A DNA stretch of 64,000 nt from a virus, in IMG/VR virus record IMGVR_UViG_3300021961_000068, positions 9,028 to 73,027 of that record, one strand, 5' to 3'. Below are positions 55,155-64,000 of the stretch, piece by piece. Positions within the stretch are counted from its first letter, which is position 1, and the number at the start of each line of letters is the position of its first letter. A program made the translations under genes and the position numbers. The notes beneath the pieces were generated by a model that ran no database searches, was not told the DNA's origin, and was given only the letters and a program-made list of their open reading frames with translations.

Positions 55155-56567
55155 GTGCCCTCACCAGATTTCTCTGAATATGTTAACCTCACCATCTTTG
55201 ATAAAGACATCACTGATGTTTATAACGACGCTGTTGAATACGCACAAATTGCTTTACCCGAATTCAACCCAAGAGTCGGAACCATAGAAAACGCAATACT
55301 TGAAGCCACATCACATCAAACAGCAAGCATGATTGCGACCCTCAACCGTATGCCCGACGGGCTGATGGAGGGAATATTAAAATTAATCGGATTTGACAGA
55401 ATAGAAGCGACACCTTCATTGGGGACAGTTCTGATTACTTTGTCTGTTGATACTGGTCAAACCATTGCTTCGGGCACCGTTTTCTCCTACGATGTTTATG
55501 ACGGTGCGGGTGTTTTGACACAAAACCTTTATGAAACAACTGCGGATCTAACAATTGCCCCCAACAACACAACGGGAACTGTCTCTGTTCAAGCGTCAAA
55601 TCCTTCTCTCTACCCAGACATTCCAATTCCGTCCAATTTGACTGTTGTATCAAGCACGCCTTTTATTTTGTCAGCCAGCCTCACGGCTTTGACTACAGCG
55701 GGAACAGACTCAGAAACTGATGAAGAATACTTCAATAGAGGAGTAACTTATCTTGGTTCTTTGAGTAATGCGATAACAACGGCGTCCCAGTTGTCTAGTT
55801 ATCTTTCTGTGAACTATCCAACTGTTTCAAGGTTCAAGGTTTATGATTTAACTCAAGCAAAAGAAAACGACGTTACTAATGCTGTGCTTGCCTCCAACGT
55901 GGTTACTTTAACAACTAGATATGCGCACGGGTTTTCTGTTAGCGATGTTGTAGATGTTGCAGATTTGACAAACGCGGTATATAACGGAACGTACACAATA
56001 ACCGACGTACCAACCACTACTACATTCAGTTACGCAAGAACTAACGCCAATATTGCTACAGCAGCAACAACCGCTGGAAGTGTTGTCCTTGGAAACGGAA
56101 TGCTTTTTGCGACAGCAGATGTCGGTGGCGCAGTGACTATTTCTATGTGTGACTCGGCGGGGGCTGCTATTGGAACAGCCCAAAAACTTGCTATAGAAAC
56201 TGCAGTGGAAAGCAAAGTTGTTGCTGGTTTAAACATCTTTTTACATGACATGAATACTTTCAATGTGGATGTCAGCGCAACTGTTGTTGTATTGCCAAAC
56301 TATTCCACAGCGACTGTTGGGACAGCGGTTTCCGAGGCGATTGAGGAATATCTTTCTGTCGCGGGCTGGGATTTTGCCACCTCGGTGAACTCTTTATATT
56401 TGACAACAATCGCATCACAGGTTGCTGGCGTAAAATATGTTTCCGCTATGGACGCCACGATTAACGGCTCTACAAGTTTCGCTACAGACAATGGCAACGA
56501 TGTCACAATCCTTGAAAAGGGAGTGATTCCCGTCGGTGACTGCACGACGGTTGCTACCGCTGCGTAA
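55155..56567 (+). CDS. baseplate J-like protein with inserted beta domain
   Basis: GTDSETDEEY motif, VAGVKYV; position. Confidence 0.85.
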   Translation: MPSPDFSEYVNLTIFDKDITDVYNDAVEYAQIALPEFNPRVGTIENAILEATSHQTASMIATLNRMPDGLMEGILKLIGFDRIEATPSLGTVLITLSVDTGQTIASGTVFSYDVYDGAGVLTQNLYETTADLTIAPNNTTGTVSVQASNPSLYPDIPIPSNLTVVSSTPFILSASLTALTTAGTDSETDEEYFNRGVTYLGSLSNAITTASQLSSYLSVNYPTVSRFKVYDLTQAKENDVTNAVLASNVVTLTTRYAHGFSVSDVVDVADLTNAVYNGTYTITDVPTTTTFSYARTNANIATAATTAGSVVLGNGMLFATADVGGAVTISMCDSAGAAIGTAQKLAIETAVESKVVAGLNIFLHDMNTFNVDVSATVVVLPNYSTATVGTAVSEAIEEYLSVAGWDFATSVNSLYLTTIASQVAGVKYVSAMDATINGSTSFATDNGNDVTILEKGVIPVGDCTTVATAA

Positions 56568-56570
56568 GCC

Positions 56571-57878
56571 ATGGGGACAACAAATAACTATATCCCCGCG
56601 GGAGAATCAACTTTCCTAGAGCCGTCTGTCTTTGCTGCAGGTGTTGATGATTTGTGGACATCTGATGGAACGATTTCATTAGACACAGCAACATATTTAG
56701 ACGCAGAATACGGTTCTTTAAAACTTATTCCTTCCGCTAACGAGAACTATGTTCGCTATAACTATTACGCAACAACAGCAAGCACCCCATCACAGTATTC
56801 AATAACCGCATCATTTGATAACAATGATTTTATTGAATCATTTATCTGGGTGAGACCCACCAAAAACTGTTCAATATTTTTTAAAACAGTTTTATCAAAA
56901 GTATCTTTTGACTCAAATACGGGAGTTTATTCTTTTGTTGATCCGTTTGACCAAATTGTTGGCAGTGAAGGAAGTGTGTCTGTGGTTATTGGTGGCACAG
57001 ACGAAGCCAAGTGGAAACTAGTTAGGTCAATCCCCGAACAAGTACCTTCAAGCGGTGTTTATTCAATTCAGTTACAGATGCGAATAGTTTTTGATGATTA
57101 CACCAACGCTTCTGTAAATATTGCTAGACCTTCTACATATCCATCAACAAGGTTTTTGGATAATCAGTTCCTTCAAGGTGTGATTCCGTTCATCCCTGAG
57201 GTTTTCTTTGAATCAGACTTTGCGGATTTTTCTAAAAATGAGCCGATATTGCCTTTGTCTCGTTTTTTGGATGTTTTAACTACAACTGCTGGTGATGTAA
57301 ATACTACGGCTAACCAGTTTGAATACTTGGATAAAGCCTCGGGTGGTGACTCAACCGATTTGACGACCCTAAGTCAATTTGTGGATCCACAAGTTTGTGA
57401 CTCAAATTATTTAAGTTACCTCTCTCAATACAGGGGTAGACCACTGCTTGTCACCTATCAGCCTTCTACTGAAGGTGTTGGTTGGCAAGTTTTTACACTT
57501 AACTCATCGTTACTAACTGGTCTTGACCCCATCACTGGTTTGCCTGTTGGTACGGATGTTCTTGGCACAGACGCGGCAAATCTTGGTGCTTTACCCGAAG
57601 GTGTTGAGGCTTACGCTAGATGGCAAGTAGAAACAGGATATTACGGTCACAACGCTGGAACAATAGGTGCGATGGTGAGTGCAGCGCAAAGAGCATTGAC
57701 GGGCACCAAAACAGTGAATTATGTGGTTACACAAAATCAGATTGCTTTTACTACAAGCCAAGCCGAAACATATGGAACAGTCGTCGGTGATATTGGGACA
57801 AGTAATTCTTTTGTTTTGTCTTTGATTGAACCCGCTAAACCTCTTGGGATGCTCATCACCCACACACTGGCTGCGTGA
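56571..57878 (+). CDS. putative baseplate wedge / tail protein
   Basis: DPQVC..YLSYLSQY.G, AGTIGAM, C-terminal KPLG. Confidence 0.65.
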   Translation: MGTTNNYIPAGESTFLEPSVFAAGVDDLWTSDGTISLDTATYLDAEYGSLKLIPSANENYVRYNYYATTASTPSQYSITASFDNNDFIESFIWVRPTKNCSIFFKTVLSKVSFDSNTGVYSFVDPFDQIVGSEGSVSVVIGGTDEAKWKLVRSIPEQVPSSGVYSIQLQMRIVFDDYTNASVNIARPSTYPSTRFLDNQFLQGVIPFIPEVFFESDFADFSKNEPILPLSRFLDVLTTTAGDVNTTANQFEYLDKASGGDSTDLTTLSQFVDPQVCDSNYLSYLSQYRGRPLLVTYQPSTEGVGWQVFTLNSSLLTGLDPITGLPVGTDVLGTDAANLGALPEGVEAYARWQVETGYYGHNAGTIGAMVSAAQRALTGTKTVNYVVTQNQIAFTTSQAETYGTVVGDIGTSNSFVLSLIEPAKPLGMLITHTLAA

Positions 57879-57914
57879 TGTAGAATATGTAGGTAAGTCA
57901 AAATTGGAGGATTC

Positions 57915-58175
57915 ATGGAAGAGGAAAACAATGAAACTCCTGTGGATAAAGAAATTGAGGAACTCCTACGAGGGGCTTTACCTCAAAGTCTTGTCACTAA
58001 TTTTGTACTTATCGCAGAAATAGTTTCCGACTCCGATCAAGAGTTGGTACTAACTATTTCGGATTCAATGACCCCGTGGCTTGCCAATGGGATGCTTGAA
58101 ACCGCAATGGAAATGATGCGTGCAGGAGAGTACCAATTCCCTATAACGGAGGAAAACAATGGACAAGAACATTAA
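57915..58175 (+). CDS. hypothetical acidic protein
   Basis: GGAGG RBS; MTPWLANGML. Confidence 0.7.
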   Translation: MEEENNETPVDKEIEELLRGALPQSLVTNFVLIAEIVSDSDQELVLTISDSMTPWLANGMLETAMEMMRAGEYQFPITEENNGQEH

Positions 58176-58395
58176 AGCAAATGTAAGTGATCAGGCTGTC
58201 AAAGGCGCCCTTTTGGGTGGTCTCGGATATCTTGCGAATAAGTATGGTGTTTCGGCTGAGGTTGTTGCGTTGGTGATGCCAGTGGCTTTGGCAGTTCTCG
58301 CTTGGGTCTCAACCAAGATTGGCGACAAGAACACGACAGCAATTTTTTCGGCTGTTTCGGCAATCGTCGCATCTCAATCAAAAGAGAAGAAATAG
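58159..58395 (+). CDS. small membrane protein, possible holin
   Basis: Hydrophobic helices, basic C-terminus. Confidence 0.5.
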   Translation: MDKNIKANVSDQAVKGALLGGLGYLANKYGVSAEVVALVMPVALAVLAWVSTKIGDKNTTAIFSAVSAIVASQSKEKK

Positions 58396-58480
58396 GTTTA
58401 GGCGTTCAAATCCAATACGGGTAAGTGTTGTATTCTTAATAGGTAGCGGCGCGGTTTGCTGCTTTACAGATTGAGGACTG

Positions 58481-58831
58481 ATGCTTGCAGGGAAATATAA
58501 CATTGTGTGCGATCAGGGGTCTTCCTTTACCCGTACCCTTGAAATCAAAACCGCCGAAGGGACAGTGTTCTCTTTGACTGGACATACGGCTCGTATGGAG
58601 GTTAGAAGGACACTTGATGCCTCAACCACCATTGTGTCCCTAACTACCGATAACGGTCGCATATCTATCAACGGTTCTCTTGGGACAATAACTTTGACTT
58701 TAACCGCAATAGAAACTGCGGCGCTTACACAGAGTGGGGTTTATGACTTAGAGATAGTCAAAACCTCTACTGGCGAAGTCCATAAAGTGGTTAGAGGAGA
58801 GTTCAAACTTGAAAAAGAGGTCTCAAGGTGA
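58481..58831 (+). CDS. tail/baseplate accessory beta-sandwich protein
   Basis: DQGSSF...LTGHTARMEVR...GVYDLEI. Confidence 0.7.
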   Translation: MLAGKYNIVCDQGSSFTRTLEIKTAEGTVFSLTGHTARMEVRRTLDASTTIVSLTTDNGRISINGSLGTITLTLTAIETAALTQSGVYDLEIVKTSTGEVHKVVRGEFKLEKEVSR

Positions 58832-59019
58832 GTGACCTATCTACCCAACTTACTATGGGTAATGCTGATTTCAATATCGTTATTGAAGATCAACGGAACA
58901 TTGTCGAGATATCTAGAGAAGAGCCAAATATCGTTCAGGTCAAGTTACCCGGCGTTGCTTCAGGCACAAACACCCTATTTGGTGAAGGTGTCCCTTGGGA
59001 AATAGAGATTGAGATTTAA
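58828..59019 (+). CDS. small tail-associated protein
   Basis: Coupled ORF in fibre cluster. Confidence 0.55.
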   Translation: MSDLSTQLTMGNADFNIVIEDQRNIVEISREEPNIVQVKLPGVASGTNTLFGEGVPWEIEIEI

Positions 59020-59367
59020 ATGCCGTCAATTGCTTCAGACTATGGCAGTGTTGGCGATATCTACATTGATACGCTCACTGGCGATTTTTACGGTCCGAAG
59101 ACTGTTGATGGGTGGCCGGATACTCCTTTCTTTACAGCGCTAACTTCCACCACGGTTGATGCCGCTGTTCTCAACGACCGACATGTTCATACTCAAGGGA
59201 CGGCTTCAAGCACTTGGAATATCACTCATGCGCTTGGTGGGAAGCCTTCAGTAACAATTGTTGACAGTGCGTCCACGGTTGTCTTTGGTGAAGTAGTATA
59301 TAATAGCAACACAAGTATTACCGTTCTTTTTTCAGCCCCATTTTCTGGTTACGCTTATTTAACATAA
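59020..59367 (+). CDS. tail-fibre-associated protein
   Basis: GDIYIDT...YGPK; HTQGTASSTWNITHALG...FSGYAYL. Confidence 0.7.
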   Translation: MPSIASDYGSVGDIYIDTLTGDFYGPKTVDGWPDTPFFTALTSTTVDAAVLNDRHVHTQGTASSTWNITHALGGKPSVTIVDSASTVVFGEVVYNSNTSITVLFSAPFSGYAYLT

Positions 59368-59378
59368 GGATTTAAAAC

Positions 59379-60683
59379 ATGGCACAAAAATTTCTCACAA
59401 ATTTAAACCTTAATCAGAACCAACTGATTAACGCCACATTTGAGGTTTTAGCATCTGACCCAGGTTCGGGCAATTTTGAAGGTCGGTTAATTTATAACTC
59501 TACAACCGACACAATTAAGGTTTACGCAAATGGCGAATGGCGCTCACTACCGCACACAATTGCTTCTGGTGGTGGCGCAGGAATCGCTGAAGCCCTTACG
59601 GTTTCTGAGTCAAACGGAACCGTAACACTCACTCTCAATGTTGCCGATACCGATAGTGCTGGTCTTTTGCCAGCGTCGTTCTGGCAAATGCTCGAGGATG
59701 CAACATCAGATGCGACAGCAAGCAAACTTGTCAAGCGCGATGCTCAAGGTAACGCAAAAGTTGCTACACCTACTGACGCTGCCCACATTGCCACTAAGGG
59801 TTATGTTGATGCCGCTCGCCAAGGTCTTGATGTCAAGCAATCGGTAAGAGTTGCCACTACTGCTCCAATCAATCTTTCTGCCGACCTTGAGGCTGGCGAC
59901 TTAATTGACGGAGTAACACTTGTTGCTGGTGACCGTGTTCTCGTTAAAGACCAAAGCACCGCTACAGAGAACGGCATTTATGTTGCTGTTGCATCTGGCG
60001 CGGCTTCTCGTTCGTCTGATGCAAACGGAACAGCAGACACTGGCGAACTCATGCCAGGAACATTTACCTTCGTTGAAGAAGGTGCTGTTAACTCTGATAA
60101 GGGTTTTGTTGTTTCAACAAACGGCACAATCACTATTGGTGCCACGGCAATTGCTTGGACACAGTTCTCTGGTGCTGGCTCGTTTGAGGCAGGCGACGGA
60201 CTTAGTCAATCAGGTAACACAATCAATGTCAATGTTGTTTCTAACAGAACAGCAATCGTAGGTGATGCAGTTGATATTGCTTCAACCTATGTTGGTCAGT
60301 CCTCAATCACAACCCTGGGTACAATTACCACAGGTGTTTGGAATGGCACAGATATTGCTGTCGCAGATGGTGGTACTGGTGCTTCTGATGCCGCCTCAGC
60401 ACGAACAAACCTTGGTATCGCAACCAGCGCTGGCACAGCAACTACTAGCGCATCAAAACTTGCTCGTGTAGCAAGTCAAGGATGTGCCGCAAGTGCCGCA
60501 GGTGTTTCATCAACAACAGTTACCCACCTTTTCAACACCCTTGATGTTAGTGTACAAATTGTTGAAGTCGCTGGTGGAGCAACGGTCATTGGTGATGTTG
60601 TCCGAGCAAATGCCGACACAGTTACGGTAACTTTGTACGGCACTATCAGTGCAGACGATTATAGAATCGTTGTAACTGGCTAA
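59379..60683 (+). CDS. tail fibre protein
   Basis: ATKGYVD, KQSVRVATT, GDRVLVKDQ...ENGIY, VADGGTGAS motifs. Confidence 0.8.
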   Translation: MAQKFLTNLNLNQNQLINATFEVLASDPGSGNFEGRLIYNSTTDTIKVYANGEWRSLPHTIASGGGAGIAEALTVSESNGTVTLTLNVADTDSAGLLPASFWQMLEDATSDATASKLVKRDAQGNAKVATPTDAAHIATKGYVDAARQGLDVKQSVRVATTAPINLSADLEAGDLIDGVTLVAGDRVLVKDQSTATENGIYVAVASGAASRSSDANGTADTGELMPGTFTFVEEGAVNSDKGFVVSTNGTITIGATAIAWTQFSGAGSFEAGDGLSQSGNTINVNVVSNRTAIVGDAVDIASTYVGQSSITTLGTITTGVWNGTDIAVADGGTGASDAASARTNLGIATSAGTATTSASKLARVASQGCAASAAGVSSTTVTHLFNTLDVSVQIVEVAGGATVIGDVVRANADTVTVTLYGTISADDYRIVVTG

Positions 60684-60746
60684 GTTTAAAACATAGTTGA
60701 CCTTGAGGGGTCAACGAACGAGAAGCAATAGCGATTGAGGTCGCAA

Positions 60747-63700
60747 GTGGCACAAAAATTCGTTACCCCTATAACCATAAAAAATTTGGCATCCTCTGGT
60801 TCGGATGCGCTCACAGTTTTCTTAAACGGCGAAGCCTATGGTCGTGTAAAACTTGAAGCAGGCGGTCGTATCTCTTGGAGCGACGGTACTGGTTCTTACG
60901 ACACAAACATTTATCGTGATTCAGCAAATGTTCTTGCTACTGATGATGTCTTAAAAGCAACTGCTGGCATTATCACCATGGCGGTTGCTGGTGTACCAAC
61001 TGCTCCACTTGCTGACGGCGCACTTGCAGTAGACACTACGAACAATACTTTTTACTTCCGAGCCAACGGTGCGTGGAGCGAAATTAGCGGTAACTCAACA
61101 ATCACAGTAAGTGATACAGCGCCAGCCGATGCAGAAGTTGGTGCCCTTTGGTTTGACTCAACAAGCCTTGAAATGTTTATTTACTACGGCTCGGCTTGGG
61201 TTCAACTCAATGCCGACACCGGCGCAGAAGAACTATCCGACCTATTTGATATCGAATTTGCCAATCTCATTGCTGGTCAAATTCTCAAATACGACGGCGA
61301 AAAGTGGGTAAATGAAACTGGTTCAAGCACGACGGTTAGTGATACGGCGCCAGCGAATTCTGCGTCAGGTGACCTTTGGTATGACTCCACAACTCTTGGT
61401 TTGTTTATTTATTACGGCGGTAATTGGGTTGAGTTAAATGCCGAAACTGGCGCAGAAGAATTATCCGATTTGTTTGACATAGAGTTTGCAAATCTTGCGT
61501 CAGGTCAAGTTCTTAAATACAATGGCGAAAAATGGGTGAACGATACAGATAATGCAGGCACAAGTATCAGTTCAATCAATGACATCAATGATGTCACGAT
61601 TACATCTGCCGCTAATGGGCAGGTGCTTCAATGGAATGGAACGGCTTGGGTTAATGCGGCGGCTGCTTCGGGTGGCGCAACAGTCAATGTTTCAGAAACT
61701 GCTCCAGCCGACCCAAGTACTGGCGACCTTTGGTTTGAATCTGATACAGCAAAAACATTTATTTATTATGATTCACAGTGGATTGAAGTCGGACCACAGC
61801 CTGGCGGTGGAGCACAAGCCTTAACAACTAAGGGCGACCTTCTCACTAGAGACGCAAGCAGTTTTGCTCGATTAGCAGTAGGCACTAACGGTTATTTCTT
61901 GAAAGCAGATTCGTCAACTTCGACGGGTTTAACTTGGTCGGCTGTTCCTACAATCAACAATCTTGACGATGTTGGTGATGTAACAATTACATCGCCGAGC
62001 AACGGTCAAGTTCTTAAATGGAACGGAACCGCTTGGGTTAATGCCGCCGATGATGCTGGGACAACAATAAGTTCTATTGATGACATTACTGATGTAACCA
62101 TCACGAGCGCAACGAGCGGACAATTCCTCAAGTGGAATGGTACAGCATGGGTTAATGACACAATTGATTTAGGTACTGATACAACAGGGAACTATGTCGC
62201 TGATGTTACGGCTGGAACAGCAATAACCGTAACTCACACGCCAAGCGAAGGTTCAAGTGCAACCATTGCCCTTAACGCATCACTCAATGACCTCAACGAT
62301 ACGGTAATCGCATCGTCGCAAGAATTTCAAAGTTTAAATTATGACGGCACAAATTGGGTTAATAGTTATGCGCCAACCGTTACATATGTAAGAAATGCTG
62401 AAGCAACAACACTTACAACGGGAACTGTTGTTTATTTGTTTGGCTCTACTGGTGACCATGCGACAGTAAAACGAGCGGACAACGATTCCGATACAACATC
62501 ATCTAAAACTGTGGGGGTTGTCGGCGCAAATATTCTTGCTTCGGAAAACGGACCTGTAGTAACCCGAGGCTATGTAGATGGTATTGATTTAAGCACTGGA
62601 TATGCGGCTGGTGATGTTTTGTGGCTGGGGGAAGACGGAGCATTTACAAAAGTTAAACCAACCGCACCAGAGCACCTTGTTTTTATTGGCGTCGTAGTTC
62701 GCGCCACCATTAACGGAATTATTTATGTGGCAACACAAAACGGTTACGAACTAGATGAGTTACATGATGTAAGTATCACTTCGCCAACAAGCGGACAGTT
62801 CCTTAAATGGAATGGCTCGCTTTGGGTCAATGATGCAATTGATTTAGGTACTGATACCGTCGGCAGTTATGTTGAAAGTCTTGTTGCTGGAACTGGCATC
62901 ACTCTCGCAAATAACTCGGGTGAAAGTTCTACACCTACAGTTACGGTTGACACAACAGTAATTCAAGCAAGAGTTGCCAATGTAACCGACACAGAAATCG
63001 GGTACTTGGATGGTGTTACTTCTGGAATTCAATCACAACTCAACGATAAAGCACCTCTCGCAAGTCCTGCTTTAACAGGCACACCAACTGCACCAACTGC
63101 TTCTCCAGGAACTAACAGTACTCAAGTTGCCACAACTGCTTATGCAGATGCGGCAGTGGCGGCGATTGTAGATTCCGCACCAGCGACTTTAAATACTTTA
63201 AACGAATTGGCTGATGCTTTAGGCGATGACGCAAATTTTGCCACGACAACAGCAACCGCTATTGGTCTAAAAGCGCCACTTGCGTCACCAACATTTACTG
63301 GCACGGTCACTGTTCCTACACCAACAAACAACACTGATGCTGCTACAAAAGCATATGTAGATGCTGCGCAATCAGCGGCACAGGTTTATGCAGACAGCCT
63401 TACTGTTTCTCTTGCAGATATTACAGATGGCATAACCGCTGACGCTGCTGAAATAAATATTCTTGACGGAGCAACACTCTCAACAGCCGAGTTGAACATT
63501 CTTGATGGCGCAACTCTTTCCACAACCGAACTCAATTATGTGGATGGCGTAACTTCGGCAATCCAAACACAATTGAATTCTAAAGCACCAACTGCCTCAC
63601 CAACATTTACGGGAACGACGACCACAGACAACTTGAATGTGTCGGGCAACTTGACAATATCGGGAACCATTACCTCAATAAATACAGAAACATTGACCGT

Positions 63701-64000
63701 TGACGACAACATTATTGTTCTTAACAACAATGCAACTGGTGCGCCATCGGAAAACGCTGGTATTGAAGTTGAGCGTGGTTCTTCTACAAATGTTCAAATT
63801 AGGTGGAATGAATCTACAGACAAGTGGCAATTTACAAATGATGGTTCTACTTATGTTGATTTTGATAAAGGTGCGGCAACCGTTTCATCGACCGCACCTA
63901 CATCGCCAGTAAGCGGACAAATTTGGTTCTATCAAGACACGGCACAAACCTTTGTTTACTACGGTTCAACTTGGATTGAAATTGGTGCAGTCAGCAATGG
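60747..64000 (+). CDS. long repetitive tail fibre protein (runs off window end; not in ORF track)
   Basis: GTG at 60747 after GAGG RBS: MAQKFVTPITIKNL...; repeats VSDTAP...GDLWFDS, LDDVGDVTIT...GQVLKWNGTAWVN, KAPLASPTFTGT. Confidence 0.85.
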   Translation, partial: MAQKFVTPITIKNLASSGSDALTVFLNGEAYGRVKLEAGGRISWSDGTGSYDTNIYRDSANVLATDDVLKATAGIITMAVAGVPTAPLADGALAVDTTNNTFYFRANGAWSEISGNSTITVSDTAPADAEVGALWFDSTSLEMFIYYGSAWVQLNADTGAEELSDLFDIEFANLIAGQILKYDGEKWVNETGSSTTVSDTAPANSASGDLWYDSTTLGLFIYYGGNWVELNAETGAEELSDLFDIEFANLASGQVLKYNGEKWVNDTDNAGTSISSINDINDVTITSAANGQVLQWNGTAWVNAAAASGGATVNVSETAPADPSTGDLWFESDTAKTFIYYDSQWIEVGPQPGGGAQALTTKGDLLTRDASSFARLAVGTNGYFLKADSSTSTGLTWSAVPTINNLDDVGDVTITSPSNGQVLKWNGTAWVNAADDAGTTISSIDDITDVTITSATSGQFLKWNGTAWVNDTIDLGTDTTGNYVADVTAGTAITVTHTPSEGSSATIALNASLNDLNDTVIASSQEFQSLNYDGTNWVNSYAPTVTYVRNAEATTLTTGTVVYLFGSTGDHATVKRADNDSDTTSSKTVGVVGANILASENGPVVTRGYVDGIDLSTGYAAGDVLWLGEDGAFTKVKPTAPEHLVFIGVVVRATINGIIYVATQNGYELDELHDVSITSPTSGQFLKWNGSLWVNDAIDLGTDTVGSYVESLVAGTGITLANNSGESSTPTVTVDTTVIQARVANVTDTEIGYLDGVTSGIQSQLNDKAPLASPALTGTPTAPTASPGTNSTQVATTAYADAAVAAIVDSAPATLNTLNELADALGDDANFATTTATAIGLKAPLASPTFTGTVTVPTPTNNTDAATKAYVDAAQSAAQVYADSLTVSLADITDGITADAAEINILDGATLSTAELNILDGATLSTTELNYVDGVTSAIQTQLNSKAPTASPTFTGTTTTDNLNVSGNLTISGTITSINTETLTVDDNIIVLNNNATGAPSENAGIEVERGSSTNVQIRWNESTDKWQFTNDGSTYVDFDKGAATVSSTAPTSPVSGQIWFYQDTAQTFVYYGSTWIEIGAVSN
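61105..61545 (+). repeat. tandem ~225-bp intragenic duplication in the tail fibre gene
   Basis: VSDTAP...LW.DST.L..FIYYG..WV.LNA.TGAEELSDLFDIEFANL..GQ.LKY.GEKWVN twice. Confidence 0.75.

Noticed and set aside
1-64000. tRNA or rRNA genes, integrase, stop-codon reassignment
   Set aside because: None recognised by eye, and standard-code ORFs tile the window densely; a tRNA scan was not run.

Overview
A 64-kb segment of a tailed dsDNA phage genome with a contractile tail (sheath, tube, baseplate J) and an HK97-fold capsid. The host is probably an actinobacterium (WhiB gene; modest GC). Layout: (1) 1-14.5 kb replication, modification and accessory genes (two SPPY DNA methyltransferases, ParB-like, RuvC-like, WhiB, primase-helicase, class II RNR, a PTP-like phosphatase, an HDAC-family deacetylase, two perfect DnaA boxes); (2) 14.5-37.7 kb minus-strand head module (portal-MuF fusion, prohead protease, major capsid) with about 15 kb of extra genes between protease and capsid; (3) 37.8-43.6 kb terminase, recombination and IbrA/IbrB-like genes; (4) 43.6-64 kb neck, tail, baseplate and fibre genes. 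The most notable element is the head-module insert. Four large proteins share an RCPxG...TD...C motif and carry different C-terminal domains (GNAT-like, HipA/PI3K-like kinase, HExxH metallopeptidase). Each enzyme-bearing gene is followed by a small orphan gene, and many proteins in the module carry repeated acidic linkers ending in K-[A/G/S] that look like prohead-protease sites. This suggests a capsid-packaged polymorphic effector/immunity system, possibly counterbalanced by the phage's own phosphatase and deacetylase. All functional calls come from motif reading by eye; no database searches were run.
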